Source: Callorhinchus milii
Taxonomy: Eukaryota
Direction: 5' to 3'
DNA length: 47,991 nucleotides
Assembly: GCF_018977255.1 (NCBI RefSeq)
Contig: NW_024705401.1
Location: 1 to 47,991, forward strand
Positions 1 through 12,159 of this stretch are shown one piece after another (position 1 is the first letter of the stretch; each line of letters opens with the position of its first letter). Below the pieces are notes generated by a model. That model saw only the letters and a list, made by a program, of their open reading frames with translations, did no database searches and was not told where the DNA came from. Position numbers and translations under genes: made by a program.

Positions 1-810
1 ACACTTTCATACCTCCCACTCACACCTCACATGCTCACACTTTATTCATTCACTCCTCATACACTCACTCCTCACAAACTCACTTTTCACAAACACGTTT
101 CACACACTCACTATTTACACACTCACTCCTCACTCACTGACACTTCACACCCTCAATCTTCACATAATCCTCATGCTCACCCCTCAAACGCTAGCTCCTC
201 ATTCACTTGCTCCTCACACACTCACTCCACACTCACTGACTCTCCACGTCCTCAATCCTCACACATTCCTCACACTCATTTTTCAAACTCTAGCTCCTCG
301 CACACTCTCTTCTTGCACACTCACTGCTCATGCACTTACTCATCACACATTTTCTCATCATATACTCATTTCTCACTCTCACTCACTCACTCACTCACTC
401 CTCACTCACTGGTCCCTCACACACTCACTCCTCACACACTCTCTCCTCACACACTGCTCTTATTTCTACTCACAAATTCACTTTCACACTCACTTTTCAC
501 ACACTTCTCACACACTCACTGCTTACATACTCGCACCTCACGCTCATTTCACACAAACTCACTCAGCACACACACTCCTCACACACTCACTCTTTACACA
601 ATTAGTAATAAAACTCATTCTTTTCACACTCCTCACTCACACTCATTACACACTCCTCACGCACTTGCTCCTCACACGCTCACTCCTCACACACTGAATG
701 CATACTTTTGCTCCTCATACATTAATTACTCACATACTCACTGCTCACAATTTCAGTGCTCACACACTCACACTCACTCCTCACACACTCACTCCTCACA
801 CTCTTTCCTC
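1..810. repeat. Degenerate CACT/CTCA-rich low-complexity repeat
   Basis: Recurrent cacactcactcctcaca motifs; the His/Thr/Ser-rich ORFs here are by-products. Confidence 0.85.
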
Positions 811-814
811 ATGA

Positions 815-1238
815 GAACTCTGCTGGCTGCATACTGACCCAGACCAAATTCTGTACTTATATCTCCATTGGCTCCCTATCACCGAACAGATTGACTTAAA
901 GTTCCTCACAGCTATGTTCAGATCCATTCACTCACTGGCACCTCCCTACCTCTTCGATCTTCTCATTCCCCAATGCACCATCTGTCACCTCAACTTGATT
1001 GGCACCAGCCTCCTGCTCATCCCTTGCAAACTTCACCCGAGATTTGGAGGTGAATCTTTCAGCCACTATACCTCGAAAATCTGGAACATTCTCCCTCAAT
1101 CCCTACTTCCTCTTCCACCATGCTTAGGTCCACCTTCCCCTCCCCATCTCAGAGTCAAGCTCTGCCATTTGTTAAACACTTTGAGATGCTACCCTGCGTG
1201 GAGGTCGCTATATAATTGCAAGTTGTGGTTGTTGGTGG
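815..1238 (+). mobile_element. Old L2 LINE 3' fragment
   Basis: Translates to an L2 ORF2 C-terminus (IHSLAPPYLFDLL...FGGESFSHYTSKIWNILP) and ends in a (TTG/TGG)n tail. Confidence 0.7.
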
Positions 1239-1439
1239 TGGGGGAGACAGAGAAAAACTGCGTGAAAGATAGACTGAGCAGGCGAGACTGAGTGAGAGAG
1301 ACACAGAGAGAGAAACTGAGAGAGAGAGAAAGAAAGAGACTAAGAGAGCTTGAGAGAGACAAACAGAGAAACTGACATAGATTTTGAGAGAAAATAATTA
1401 AATGATTATTCCCATTTCAACAATTAAATTGAGTCCTCC

Positions 1440-1582
1440 CAACAGAAGGACAAAACGTTTGTAGGTCTATGGGTAGAGAGTGGGGGAATGGGATTGAAAT
1501 GGTAAAGCTCTTTTCAAAAAGCCGGCACAGACACAATGGACCAATGGCCTCTCCTGTGCTGTATAACTAAATGATTCTATGA
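1440..1582 (+). mobile_element. CR1 3' end fragment
   Basis: gccggcacagacacaatggaccaatggcctctcctgtgctgtat...atgattctatga resembles the CR1 3' ends at 43560-43620 and 46241-46300. Confidence 0.65.
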
Positions 1583-2199
1583 AATGGAATCCTCCCACAG
1601 GAGTCCTCCCAGCTGAGTATACATAAAGACAAATGTCTGTCTCTTTTTCAATCTACACTTCATATTGGATTCTTTGGTTGCAAGCTGTACAGCTAGTTTA
1701 TCTGTTTATACTAATAAAGACAAGTGTCCGTCGGTGTGAATGTCAATCTATCTCACACTCATGCAATAACCGATCGACGTAGAGACATGATTTATACCTC
1801 AATGGAAAGGTCTTGTATCTGGCAGTGTCATGGGCATATTTCTTTGTGGGGGATTTCCTTTTGTTGATGAGCTATATTAAAACATACTTTAATTAAACCC
1901 TAAAATTTTAGGTATGCATTGTATTCTGTAATTATGAAGTGACAGAGGAAAGCACACACTATATTCTGTATCAAAAGCATAGCACTTTTTTTCTGGTTGT
2001 CATGGGAGCGAGAGTCCTCACGTATAGTACAGACAGACAGAGAGAGAGAGAGAGAGAGAAACCGAGATAACGATAGAGACTGATAAGAGACACGGATGGA
2101 ATCTAAGAAAGAGACAGAGAGAAAGACTTGGAGAGAGAGAGAGAGATTGAGAAAGAGAGAGGGAGAGAGATTGAGAAAGAGAGAGAGAATATATTATAA

Positions 2200-4045
2200 A
2201 GTGTAATCAAAAAGCCCACCCTCAATCCCTCTAATCTCTCACACTACCATCTCATTTCTAACCTACCTTTCATTGCCAAACTCCTAGAATGCATTGTTGC
2301 AAGTTGACTTCAGTCAAACCTCTCCCTCCACTCATTCCTCAATCCCCTGCAGTTGGTTTCCGCCCTGCCCACAGTACAGAGATAGCAAAGTCACAAACAA
2401 CATCCTCTCTATCTGTGACCAGGGCTCCCTCTGTCGTCACGTCCTCATGTGTCTCTCTGCTGCATTTGACTCGAATTCAAGATCCTTATCCTCGCCTACA
2501 CAGCCATTCCCGGCCTCGCTCCCTCCTACCTCTCTGACCTACTATCCCCCTACCTACCTGCCCGTACCCTCCGTCCCTCTGGCTCCGGTCTGCTCCACAT
2601 CCCCCGCCCCAACCGCCCGACCATCAGTGGCCTTCAGCCTCTCAGCCCCGAGGCTCTGGAACTCTATCCCCAGTGCCTTCGCCGCTTCCTCCCTTTCCTC
2701 CTTCAAGGCCGGTCTCAAGACCTTTCTCTTTGACCTTCAGCCTTCAGCTCCCCTCTCAACTCTCTACCCCCTCCTCGCTCCCTCCCTTCCCTCCCCTCAC
2801 CCTGACCATTTCACCCCTCCTCGCTCCCTCCCTTCCCTCCCCTCACCCTGACCATTTCCCCCTCCTCGCTCCCTCCCTTCCCTCCCCTCACCCTGACCAT
2901 TCCCCCTCCTCGCTCCCTCCCTTCCCTCCGCTCACCCTGACCATCTTCCCCTTCCTCGCTCCCTCCCTTCCCTCCCCTCACCCTGGCCATCTCCCCCCTA
3001 CTCGCTACCTCCCTTCCCTCCCATCACCCTGACCATTTCCCCCCTCCTCGCCCTCCCTTTCCTACCCTCACTCTGACCATCTCCCCCCCTCCTCGCTCCC
3101 TCCCTTCCCTCCCCTCACCCTGACCATTTCTCCCCAATGCTCAGGTCCTGATCCAACTGTCCAGCACTTTGGGACCTCCTCCCAAAGTGAAAGGCGCTCT
3201 ATAAATGGAAACTTGTTGTTGTTGTTGACTCAGTCGACTATGCCATCCTCCTCTATCAGCTCTCATTCTTTATCCAGTTGAGTGGGACCGCACTCGAATG
3301 GTTCGAGTTCTACTTAACCAACCTCTTCCACTTCATCTCGGCAAATGGTTTCTCCTCCCACCCCCACCTAGTCATCTGCGGGGTACCCCAGGGCTCCATC
3401 CTTGGCCCTCTTCTTTTCTTTATCTATATTCTCTCTCTGGGCAATGTCATCTGCAGACATGAGGTAAACTTCCACATGTATGCGGATGACACACAAATCT
3501 ACTTTTCCTCCTCCAGTACCAACTCCCAGTCCACTGATGTTCTATTAGATTGTCTGACAGATATCAGGACCTGGATGAGTGTAAACTTCCTACAGCTGAA
3601 TATAGCCAAAATGGAAACCAAACTCCTTGACTCCTGTCAATGTCTTTACTCCTGCGGATCTGAACTACTTAACCTCCCTGGGCGTTCTCCCTCAGACTCA
3701 TCAAACCAGTGCGCAATCTCGGCATCCAGTTTGAATCCCAGCTGTCCTTCCTCCCCCACATAAAGTCCCTGACCAGGACCGTCTTCCTTCACCTCTGCCA
3801 TATTGCCCGCCTCCCACCGTACCTTACCCCAAAACCCTGGTGCGTGCGTGGGTCACCTCCCGCTTGAATTACTCCAATGCAATTCTTGTCAGTCTCTCAA
3901 ACTCCACCATTAACAAGATCCAGGTCATTCAGACTCTGCCGCCAACATGCTGACCCCAAACAAACTCCGTACCAACATTTCATCAATTCTGGCCAGGCTC
4001 CATTAACTCCTCATCACTGAACGGATTTACTTTCACCATTCTTAA
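2200..4045 (+). mobile_element. Old L2 LINE RT region, interrupted by a younger L2
   Basis: GFRPAHSTE...LSAAFDS (to 2472) continues as VDYAILL...[13 protein letters not shown]...MYADDTQ (from 3232). Confidence 0.8.
2473..3224 (+). mobile_element. Young 5'-truncated L2 copy with expanded 3' tandem repeat
   Basis: Highly similar to 14329-14811. It has a (TTG)n tail, TTGACTC direct repeats at 2466-2472 and 3225-3231, and ~8 copies of a ~45-bp unit at 2767-3133. Confidence 0.85.
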
Positions 4046-4111
4046 GCACTCTGAGAAGCAACCCTGCATAGAGCATGCTATATAAGAGCTAGTTGTTCAT
4101 GTTATATTGTG

Positions 4112-4526
4112 GAAGAGACACGGAAAGACTGTGAGAGACACACAGAGAGAGAGAGACTGAGAAAGAGAAAGAGAGATTTAGAGAGAGAGAGCGCATGGCT
4201 GGGGAAGAGATATTGAGAGAGGAAAAGACAGAGAGAGAGAGAGACTGAGAAAGTGAGTAACAGAGAGAGAGAGACTGGGAAAGACACACTGAGAGAAATA
4301 AACTAAGGGAGACTGTGATAGACTGTGACAGTGATAGAGACAGAGAGAGAGAGACACAGAGATTCTGCGTGTGAGACTGAACGAGAGACTGAGCCAGAAA
4401 AACAGAGACAGACAGACAGAGAGAGACTGAGAGAGAGAGAAAGAGAAAGGGACTGAGAGAAAAACGGAGAGGCTGAGAGAAAGAGAGAAACTGAGAAAGA
4501 GATAAATAGACTGAGAATGTGAGAAA
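4112..4526. repeat. GA-rich simple repeat
   Basis: Degenerate (GA)n/gagact. Similar tracts at 1240-1395 and 2030-2188. Confidence 0.85.
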
Positions 4527-4539
4527 AATATATTAAAGG

Positions 4540-6250
4540 CATAACATAATAACATAACATGTAGAAGCAGGAGAAGGCCATTCGGCCCTCCGAGCCTTCC
4601 CCGCCATTCAATCATGGTTGATCTTCTAATCTAACTCCAGCTAATAACCTGACCCCCATATCACTTCATCCCTCCCACACCCACATACACTGTCTAATAA
4701 CCTGACCCAGCCTTATCCCCATATCCCTTCATCCCTCTCACACACCCACACACTGTCTAATAACCTGACGCTGCCTTATCCCCATATCCCTTAATCCCTT
4801 TTGCAATAAGAAATCTATCTCTCTCAGTCTTGAATATGTTCGAGGACTGAGAGTCAACAGCCCTTTGGGGTAGTGCATTCCATACATTCACTGCCCTTTG
4901 AGTGAAAAAGTTCTTCCTCAACTCAGTGTAAAAGGGTTGGCCTCTGATTTTAAGGTGGTGACCCCCGGTTTTAGTTTCTCCAACCGGGGAAACAATCTCC
5001 CACTATCTACTCTATCATTGCCCTTTGATGATCTTATAGGTTTCTGTAAGATCCCCTCTAATTCTTCTATATTCCAGAGAATATAGGCCCAAATTGGTCA
5101 ACCTCTCCTCGTCACTCATCCCCTCCATCCCTGGCACTGACCCCGTAAATCTACGCTGCACCCCCTCCAAGGCAAGTACATCCTTCCTTAAATGAGACCA
5201 AAACTGGTCACAGTATTCCAGGTGTGGTCTCACCAGGACCCTATACAGTTGCAGTAAGACTTCCCTACTCTTATACTCTAATCCTTTCATAATGAATGCT
5301 AACATACCGTTCGCCTTCCTAATTGCTGCTGTACCTGCAGACTAACTTTCTGTGATTGGTATACAAGGACACCCAAGTCCCTCTGGACACTAACACATTC
5401 CAATCTCTCCCCTTCTAAAAAATAACCCGCTCTACTGTTTTTGCTCCCGAGGTGGATGTCTTCGCACTTCCTTTCATTATACTTCATGTCCCACCTACCT
5501 GCCCAATCACCTAACCTATCTATGTCGTGCTGCATTCTTTTAATGTTGTCCTGTGTTGACACCTCCTCCTAGTTTTGTGTCATCCATGAATTTAGATTAT
5601 TAACTTCAATGTCTTCATCTAGATCGTTGATGTAGATGGTAAATGGCTGAGGCCCAAGGACTGATCCTTGTGGCACTCCACTAGTCACATCCCACCAATC
5701 TGAGAAGGACCCGTTTATCCCTACTCTTTGTTTCCTACCCGTTAACCATTCCCCAATCCACGTTAATATGCTTCCCCAATTACATGGGTCCTTATCTTTT
5801 GGACTAACCTTTTATGTGGCACCTTATCGAATGCCTTCTGGAAGTCCAAATAGACCACATCCACTGATTCACCCTGATCGAGTTTACTGGAAATATCCTC
5901 AGAAAACTCTATGAGATTTGTCAAACATGACTTCCCTTTTGTTTTTTGTTTTTTTCCATGTTGACTCGGCCTAATTATATTGTGGCCTGAATACCGCACT
6001 ACCACATCCATAATCAATGATTGTTAAATGTTTCCTATCGCTGATGTGAGACTAATTGGCCTATAGTTTCCCATCTTTTCCTTTCCACCTTTTTTAAATA
6101 GTGTGACATTTGCGATCTTCCAATCCATGGGGACTGTTCCAGAATCCAAGGAATTTTGGAAGATCAGACAAAAGGCCTCCACTATCTCATAAGCTCCTCT
6201 TTTAAAACCCTGGGATGCAAGCCATCCAGACCAGGGGATTTGTCACTTTT
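4540..6250 (-). mobile_element. CR1 LINE, decayed RT and 3' end
   Basis: GKSCLTNLIEF...[20 protein letters not shown] and YRVLVRPHLEYC...LEGVQRRFT, with stops and frameshifts; (ATGTT)n-like tail at ~4540-4560. Confidence 0.88.
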
Positions 6251-6269
6251 TAATTGTCACCAATTAATG

Positions 6270-7200
6270 TGTGGAGAGATAAAAAGTGATAGTGCTGGCA
6301 TGGGTGAGGTTGGCTGTTGTCAGTGCAAAAATGAAGGGCTACGTCTGAAGACTGAGAAACTGAAGTGAGAGCTAGAAGAGGCTAGGGCAGCCTTGCAACA
6401 CAGTATAGAAAGAAACAATGAGATTGCACAGATCACATGCTGTAAACTGTTCTTTACAATATTATCAGTCCAACTAAAGTCATAGTGCAGTATCATAACT
6501 GCATTTACTCCAGTGAGTGAGGATGGATTAACCATCAATTGCGACAATTTGGCTAGAGAAGCTGCCGAATACAATAGAGATGTTGATTGTAACCCCAGAT
6601 TACTAGATCTGTGAAACAGTCATCTCCGCCCCCATATGAAACCATTACATCCAGTGCTCCAACCCTAAAACCTATGGCCCCTATTATCACCCTAAAATTG
6701 CTGTCCCTACTGTCATCTTAACTACTAAAACATTGGATGCTCCCCCAAAGAGACGATTGAAAAATTGGCAAAAAGAATTCAGACCTATTGGATTGGTGAC
6801 AATCTGATTTGTCATCTTGATAGACTTTAACAGACGCAGACTTTACATCATCTGACTGAACCAGATTCATTCTTTTGGCTAAGGTGCTGTCCGAATTGTA
6901 TCAACCCCTAGCTGTGCATAATAACCAGATAACCTCATCTTTGCAATAACACTCAATGTTTCGGGTTCAACACTGCTAACAGAGCTTAGATTATGGCAGA
7001 CAACAAGCAAGAACCAAGTGAACACCCGATTACCTATCGATCCTGATCATGGATCACATGCCATTACTATAGCAGTCATCCAAACTCTGGAGTGCATGAT
7101 CTAGAATTTCACCAGATGTTTTATAACAATGCCTTGCCTTCTCTGAAGCAAGCTACCTATACTTTGCCCCTGGACTCCAGAACTAATATGTTGATATAGT
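6270..7200 (+). mobile_element. Possible decayed LTR-retrotransposon (Gypsy-like) gag remnant
   Basis: Hand translation gives a coiled-coil-like stretch (EGLRLKTEKLK*ELEEARAALQ). It also gives QEPSEHPITYRS*...DLEFHQMFYNNALPSLKQA (~7008-7155), resembling the Q-x-x-x-E-x-P-x-x-Y capsid C-terminal motif. No LTRs seen. Confidence 0.4.
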
Positions 7201-7333
7201 GGGATTGTGATGTGGGTAAGCCCGCTTCATTGTTGGATTTGCCCCTCTTGAGTGAGATATGTCAGCCTGGGCTTCTTGCCTCTGAGTCAGAAGGTTGTTG
7301 ATTCAAGCCCCACAACAGGACTTGGAAATATAT

Positions 7334-7432
7334 CAGGCTGGTCCAATCTTTTGGCTGCCGAAGGCCAGAATGTCTAGTTAAAAATTGTCATTGGGGTGCA
7401 TAAGCAATATTTTGTGTTTACCTCCAGAAATG
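7334..7432 (+). mobile_element. hAT-like DNA transposon end fragment
   Basis: caggctggtccaatcttttggctg... resembles the hAT/Charlie-type terminus CAGGGGTGTCCAACCTTTT. A second copy lies at 15854-15952. Confidence 0.5.
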
Positions 7433-7714
7433 GTGCGGCAGATGGGGTGGAGGACATGAAGCTAGCTGGAAGATGTGATAAGGGGCTATATCAAATGCAA
7501 AGATTATTATTGCTATTATTACAATGCTCAGTTCACCTCGCCATTGCTGTAAGTTGCTCTAATCTTATAACCTACTTCAGCCAATTGGAGGAGTTTGTAG
7601 ACTGAGTGATGGGAGAGGAAGGAGCAAAACTAGGAATCAATAACTCATCTCAGAATCTTGTAAGGGAAAGGGAGTCGTTTTTGAGAGCTCAGAATTGTGC
7701 TCTGCTACTTTTAA

Positions 7715-8263
7715 CAGCACAGAACCCGCCCCTGGTTAGTGACACATGACATTCTGTCCACCTGCGACCAGGGCTCCCTCTGCCTCCTTGTCCTCAACTT
7801 CTCTGCTGCCTTCAACACCGTCGACCATTCTATCCTCATCCATTGTCTCTCCTCTCACCTCAACCTCCATGGCTCTGACCTTGACTGGTTCAGATCATAC
7901 CTCTCACACTGTCTCCACTTCATCTCCTCAAATGGCTTCTTCTCTAGCCCCCGCACCTCCTCAGGGCTCTGTTCTTCGTCTCCTTCTCCTACGCTCCCTC
8001 TTGGTGACAGCATCTCAGACATGAGGTCAACTTCCACATGTATGTGGATGACACTCGACAGTACCTATATTTTGCTCCTTGACTCCAGAACGGATGACAC
8101 TCTACTATCTATACTTTCCTCCTTAACACTAGGATGGATGGACACAATACTGTACCTGTTCCTTCCCCCTTGACCCCAGGATGGATGACACTCAATTGTA
8201 CTTAAATCTTCCCCTTTGACTCCAGGACCCACTGGTATCCTGACAGAATGTCTGTCAGACATC
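7715..8263 (+). mobile_element. Decayed L2 RT fragment
   Basis: [32 protein letters not shown]...; degenerate YVDD motif. Confidence 0.8.
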
Positions 8264-8480
8264 AATAATAATAATCAATAATAATCCTTGCATTTGATAT
8301 AGACCTTTTCACGTCTTCTAGACGTCTCAAAATGCTTCACAGAACACACTGTAAAGTGAATTGTCAGTATATTTGTGGGCAGCCAATTGCGCACAGCAAT
8401 GTCCCACAAACAGTCGTGGATTGAAAATGACCAATTTATTATTGTTTTTGTTTTTGGAGGGACTATTATTAATCATGGCT
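8264..8480 (-). mobile_element. SINE 3' portion (same family as 19387-19710)
   Basis: Near-identical body and (TTA)n tail; tRNA head absent. Confidence 0.85.
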
Positions 8481-8559
8481 ATTATTATTAATCAAATACT
8501 GGATGACAGCTAACTTTCCAACTGATGCTGTCAATTGAGAGATGAAACATGGGAGGTGT

Positions 8560-8720
8560 TGGGGTTAAAAAAAACACAAAGCAGCAAATAAGAAAAAAAA
8601 AGTTCTCCATTTAATATTTAAGACTTTGTCAACGTGAGATACAAGCGTTTTATGCAATTACATCCACATTAAAAGTCTTAATACATAATTTACAAAGATT
8701 AAAGATCCAAACAATTTATT
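8560..8720 (-). terminator. Candidate polyadenylation signals of ASH1L
   Basis: On the minus strand: AATAAA at 8720-8715 and ATTAAA at 8615-8610. The second is followed by a U/GU-rich tract (ttttttttcttatttgctgctttgtgtttttttt, ~8601-8566) typical of a downstream element. Confidence 0.6.
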
Positions 8721-11700
8721 AGATATGATTCTGTAAAAAGTCAATATATTAGCAGCATCTCATTAGCAAACAATCACACTGCTTACACCCATGCAGACTA
8801 GTTTATACCTATTTGCAGTAATGTAGTGCGTTTTTAATTAAAACAGCAATTTCGGTGATTTTGTGTTTTTATCTTAAAAATTAATCCACGCACGAAAAGT
8901 TAAAATAAAAGGTAAAAAATAAAAAACAACACACAAAAGTGTCACTTTCTAGGCCGGTAAGAGGGAAGGAGGGATGGAAGAAGATTGGGAGGGATGTAGA
9001 TAGATGGATGGATGGATACAGAGAGAGAAAGATAGAGAGTCAGACAGACAGACAAAATAAAAAGACGTTATCTAATCACTGATTGTCTAAAACATGATTT
9101 TTTGTCTTTCAAGAAAGAGTAAATGACAGAGATAGTGTGGTCCTACATTATATAAAACTTTATATTTGTTTAGTGTTTGACACTCAAATGCAAGAGAGTG
9201 AAAATTATGCATAGAACGATAACCGATAATATTACTGAAAAGGTCCAAAAAAATTCCTATCAACGACACACTGAGTATCACATACTCAATATCTGTTACT
9301 GTACAGTGTTGCTTTGTAGTAAGAAAATAGTCAAAACAATCTCTCTTTTTTTTTTTTTTTTAATAAAATACGATCTCAAATGATATTTGCCTTTGAGACA
9401 CAAAAAAGGGAATGGATGAGACGTCTTCCACTCGCTAAGGTAAGTTTTAAAGTAACGTGTATTTTCTCTGGTGTATCGGGCAGGACATAGTGGGTCCATT
9501 AGATAAAAGGGAATATGTGATGGGATAGGTATTGCTTACGACCACACAACTGAGAATGTGTACACATTGGCACATGGTTGGGCTTGGAGTTAAGGGGTTG
9601 TATATAGGGAGCAGGACTGCAGAAGCTTACATACCGACAAAGCAAAGCACTTTTTTTTGTTTTTGATTTTCTATTGGGGGTGGAGGGGGGGGGGGGGAGA
9701 GGGGTGGGTGGATGGGGTACGGGAGGGGGGAGCAAGGGGAGGGACTATACTGTACAGCTTGACAGAACACAGGCGTAGTGTTTATTACTGCTACTCGAAT
9801 GTATTCTACTTCACGACAAATATTTTTTTTAAAAATTGAATACTGCTCTGTTTACGGAATGACTTTTTGCTCTCTCTCTCTCATTCTCTTTCTCTCTCAT
9901 ACTCTCTTTCACTTGCTCTCCTCGATTTGAGGAAGCGGCCTTTGATGAGAGGATATTATTGCATTGCAGCTACTTCTCCTCCCACCTCAGGTACTGTTCC
10001 AGGATTCAGAGAAACCAGGTAACCAGCAAAATAAACTGGATTGATTCCTCTCTGGCCTTGCTTGCCCCCCCACCACACACACACAATCCCCACTCACACC
10101 CACCCACAGTAAACCAGCATAGCCCTGGCTCTGAGGGTCATCTTGAGATTGCAGGTCAGACAATCCAACCATTCCCTCAGAGAATCTGGCTGCAGCCCTC
10201 CGAGGCGCGATCCTGTGTGTAGGTGCTGTATAAATACAAGTTGTTGTTAATTGCAGTCGGCTGACACTCTCCCTCCACCACAGTGGCCAACGGTAGTTGT
10301 GACTGACTTGGACTAACATTAGGAATATGGTTTGTGTTCAGCAGACAGATGGAAAGAAGTACTGAGCCAAAGAGCCTGTAACCTGCTGAGTGGTGGGGCA
10401 AGGCAAGAGAATGGGGAAGAGGGGGCAAGAAGCAGGGCCGAGTGACTCATTGCACAGTGGCGAATGCTGTAGAATGTGACGGAGATTTCTGAGCAGGATT
10501 ATTTCACAATGCAGTGGGCACGAGATCTTAGGTTTGCAGGATATAGTCACAGGGAATCTCCCATGTGCACTCGCACACAGCAGGGAGGAGAGGGTAACAG
10601 CACAGCGCCAGGGGCAGGAACACCTCATGGCCTTGCTGGCTGAGGGGGTAAGGGGCAAGCAGGTGGCAAGCCAAGACACCAGGAAAAGTGATAGAAAGAG
10701 ATGGTAAAACGTCTACCTGCAGGAAGAATATCCAGACTGAAACAGCTGGAATTCTCTGAATGATGCCACATTTACACCATATCAAGGGCTCTCCAGTCAC
10801 TGACCATTCATTCCTTCAACAGAGATAAGAAAGTCGTTCTTTACTGTTCTCCCTGTGAGCCACAATGTCCTACACGTCCCTCTTGCTGGTCAGGCTCTGT
10901 GATGGTGTGAGCAGATTACCTGGGCCCCACTCTACTCCCCTGCCGTCTGTCCAGACGTCTCCGGCCTGTCCGAGGAGTCCTGTCCCAAACCTCAGCCTTT
11001 CCTCTCCGCTGGCCCAGCCTGGCCATAGACTCAGCTCTGAGACATCCCCCACCCACCCAGCCCCACAAGCCCCTGAGCACGTAGCACTGCCCCTCCCACA
11101 CACCAGGTTTTCCTTACTTCCCATTTATTGTGAGAGAAGATTATTTTGAGGGGAGAAGGGGATCAGGCAGGCTGCCCTAATCAGTGTACTAATGACCTTG
11201 TAAAATGAGTGCAAAAACTGGTCTTGGATTGTAAACAGCCTCCCATTCAACAAGTCCATCCTCTTCCTTTTACTTGCTCCATACTGTGTTCATACACACA
11301 AACACACACATGTGCATCCACACACACACACACACAACAACAACAAGATTACATTTGTATAGTGCCTTTCATGTCGGGTGGACTTCCCAAGGCACTGGAA
11401 ACACACACAAACACACACACATACATGCACACATGTACCCAGACACGCGCACACATACGCACACACACAAACTACACATACACACACACATACGCACACA
11501 TACACACACACACATACATATGCACACATACACGCATGCACAAGCATACACATGCATACACACACGCATACACACATACACATGCATACACACACACATA
11601 CACACACATACACATGCAGACACACACATAAAATCACACATGCATGCACACACAACAAACCCTGTTCATCAGTAACGATCACATTGATGAATCCATATGA

Positions 11701-12067
11701 ATTAAAAGAACAGCGATAGAAAGAATTTCATCTCTTTGAAACGGCCTTCGAGCTTTCGATATCCGCTAGAGAACGTGTCCTGGCTGCCAAGGGCAGGTGG
11801 GTGTAACTCATCCCCAACACCTAAACGCACATTCACACATTCACGTACATTCGCTCACACACTCCCTCATGTATACACACACTGTAAGAGCTCTGCAGGT
11901 CAGCAGTGGGTGACCTATAAACCAAGTGCTAACCGTTGTGATCTCTTCACCCTCCTGTCCTGTTAGAGAGAGAGAGCTGGTGTCCGTGCCTTCTGCTCTC
12001 CCCCTCGCTCAGCACGGTGCGGGCTGCAGGGTTTCCAATGCAGGAAATGCTCCTTCCAGTTTGTGCC
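8590..12067 (-). other. ASH1L: ASH1L 3' UTR (~3.5 kb, 3' end approximate)
   Basis: Follows the stop codon. Largely free of transposons compared with the flanks, with an AU-rich distal part that ends at poly(A)-signal-like hexamers. Confidence 0.65.
11292..11655. repeat. CA/TG-rich microsatellite in 3' UTR, with an embedded L2-tail fragment (~11335-11400)
   Basis: Degenerate (CA)n. caacaacaacaagattacatttgtatagtgcctttca matches the L2 tail in reverse. Confidence 0.8.
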
Positions 12068-12159
12068 TCACTTCCTGAAGCTGCTCTCAGTTAACATTAG
12101 TGTACGTCGGCGCAGCCGCCTTCCAGAACCTTCTTCTAACAAATATGTAACATCAATAG
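12068..12159 (-). CDS. ASH1L: ASH1L last coding exon with stop
   Basis: Read by hand: (A)[32 protein letters not shown], matching the ASH1L C-terminus; tAG acceptor at 12161-12160. Confidence 0.95.

Noticed and set aside
31..837. His/Thr/Ser-rich 268-aa ORF
   Set aside because: Low-complexity CACT repeat that is open in several frames.
9959..11149. Short ORFs in the 3' UTR region as a possible overlapping gene
   Set aside because: No recognisable protein similarity or consistent exon structure; lengths are compatible with chance.
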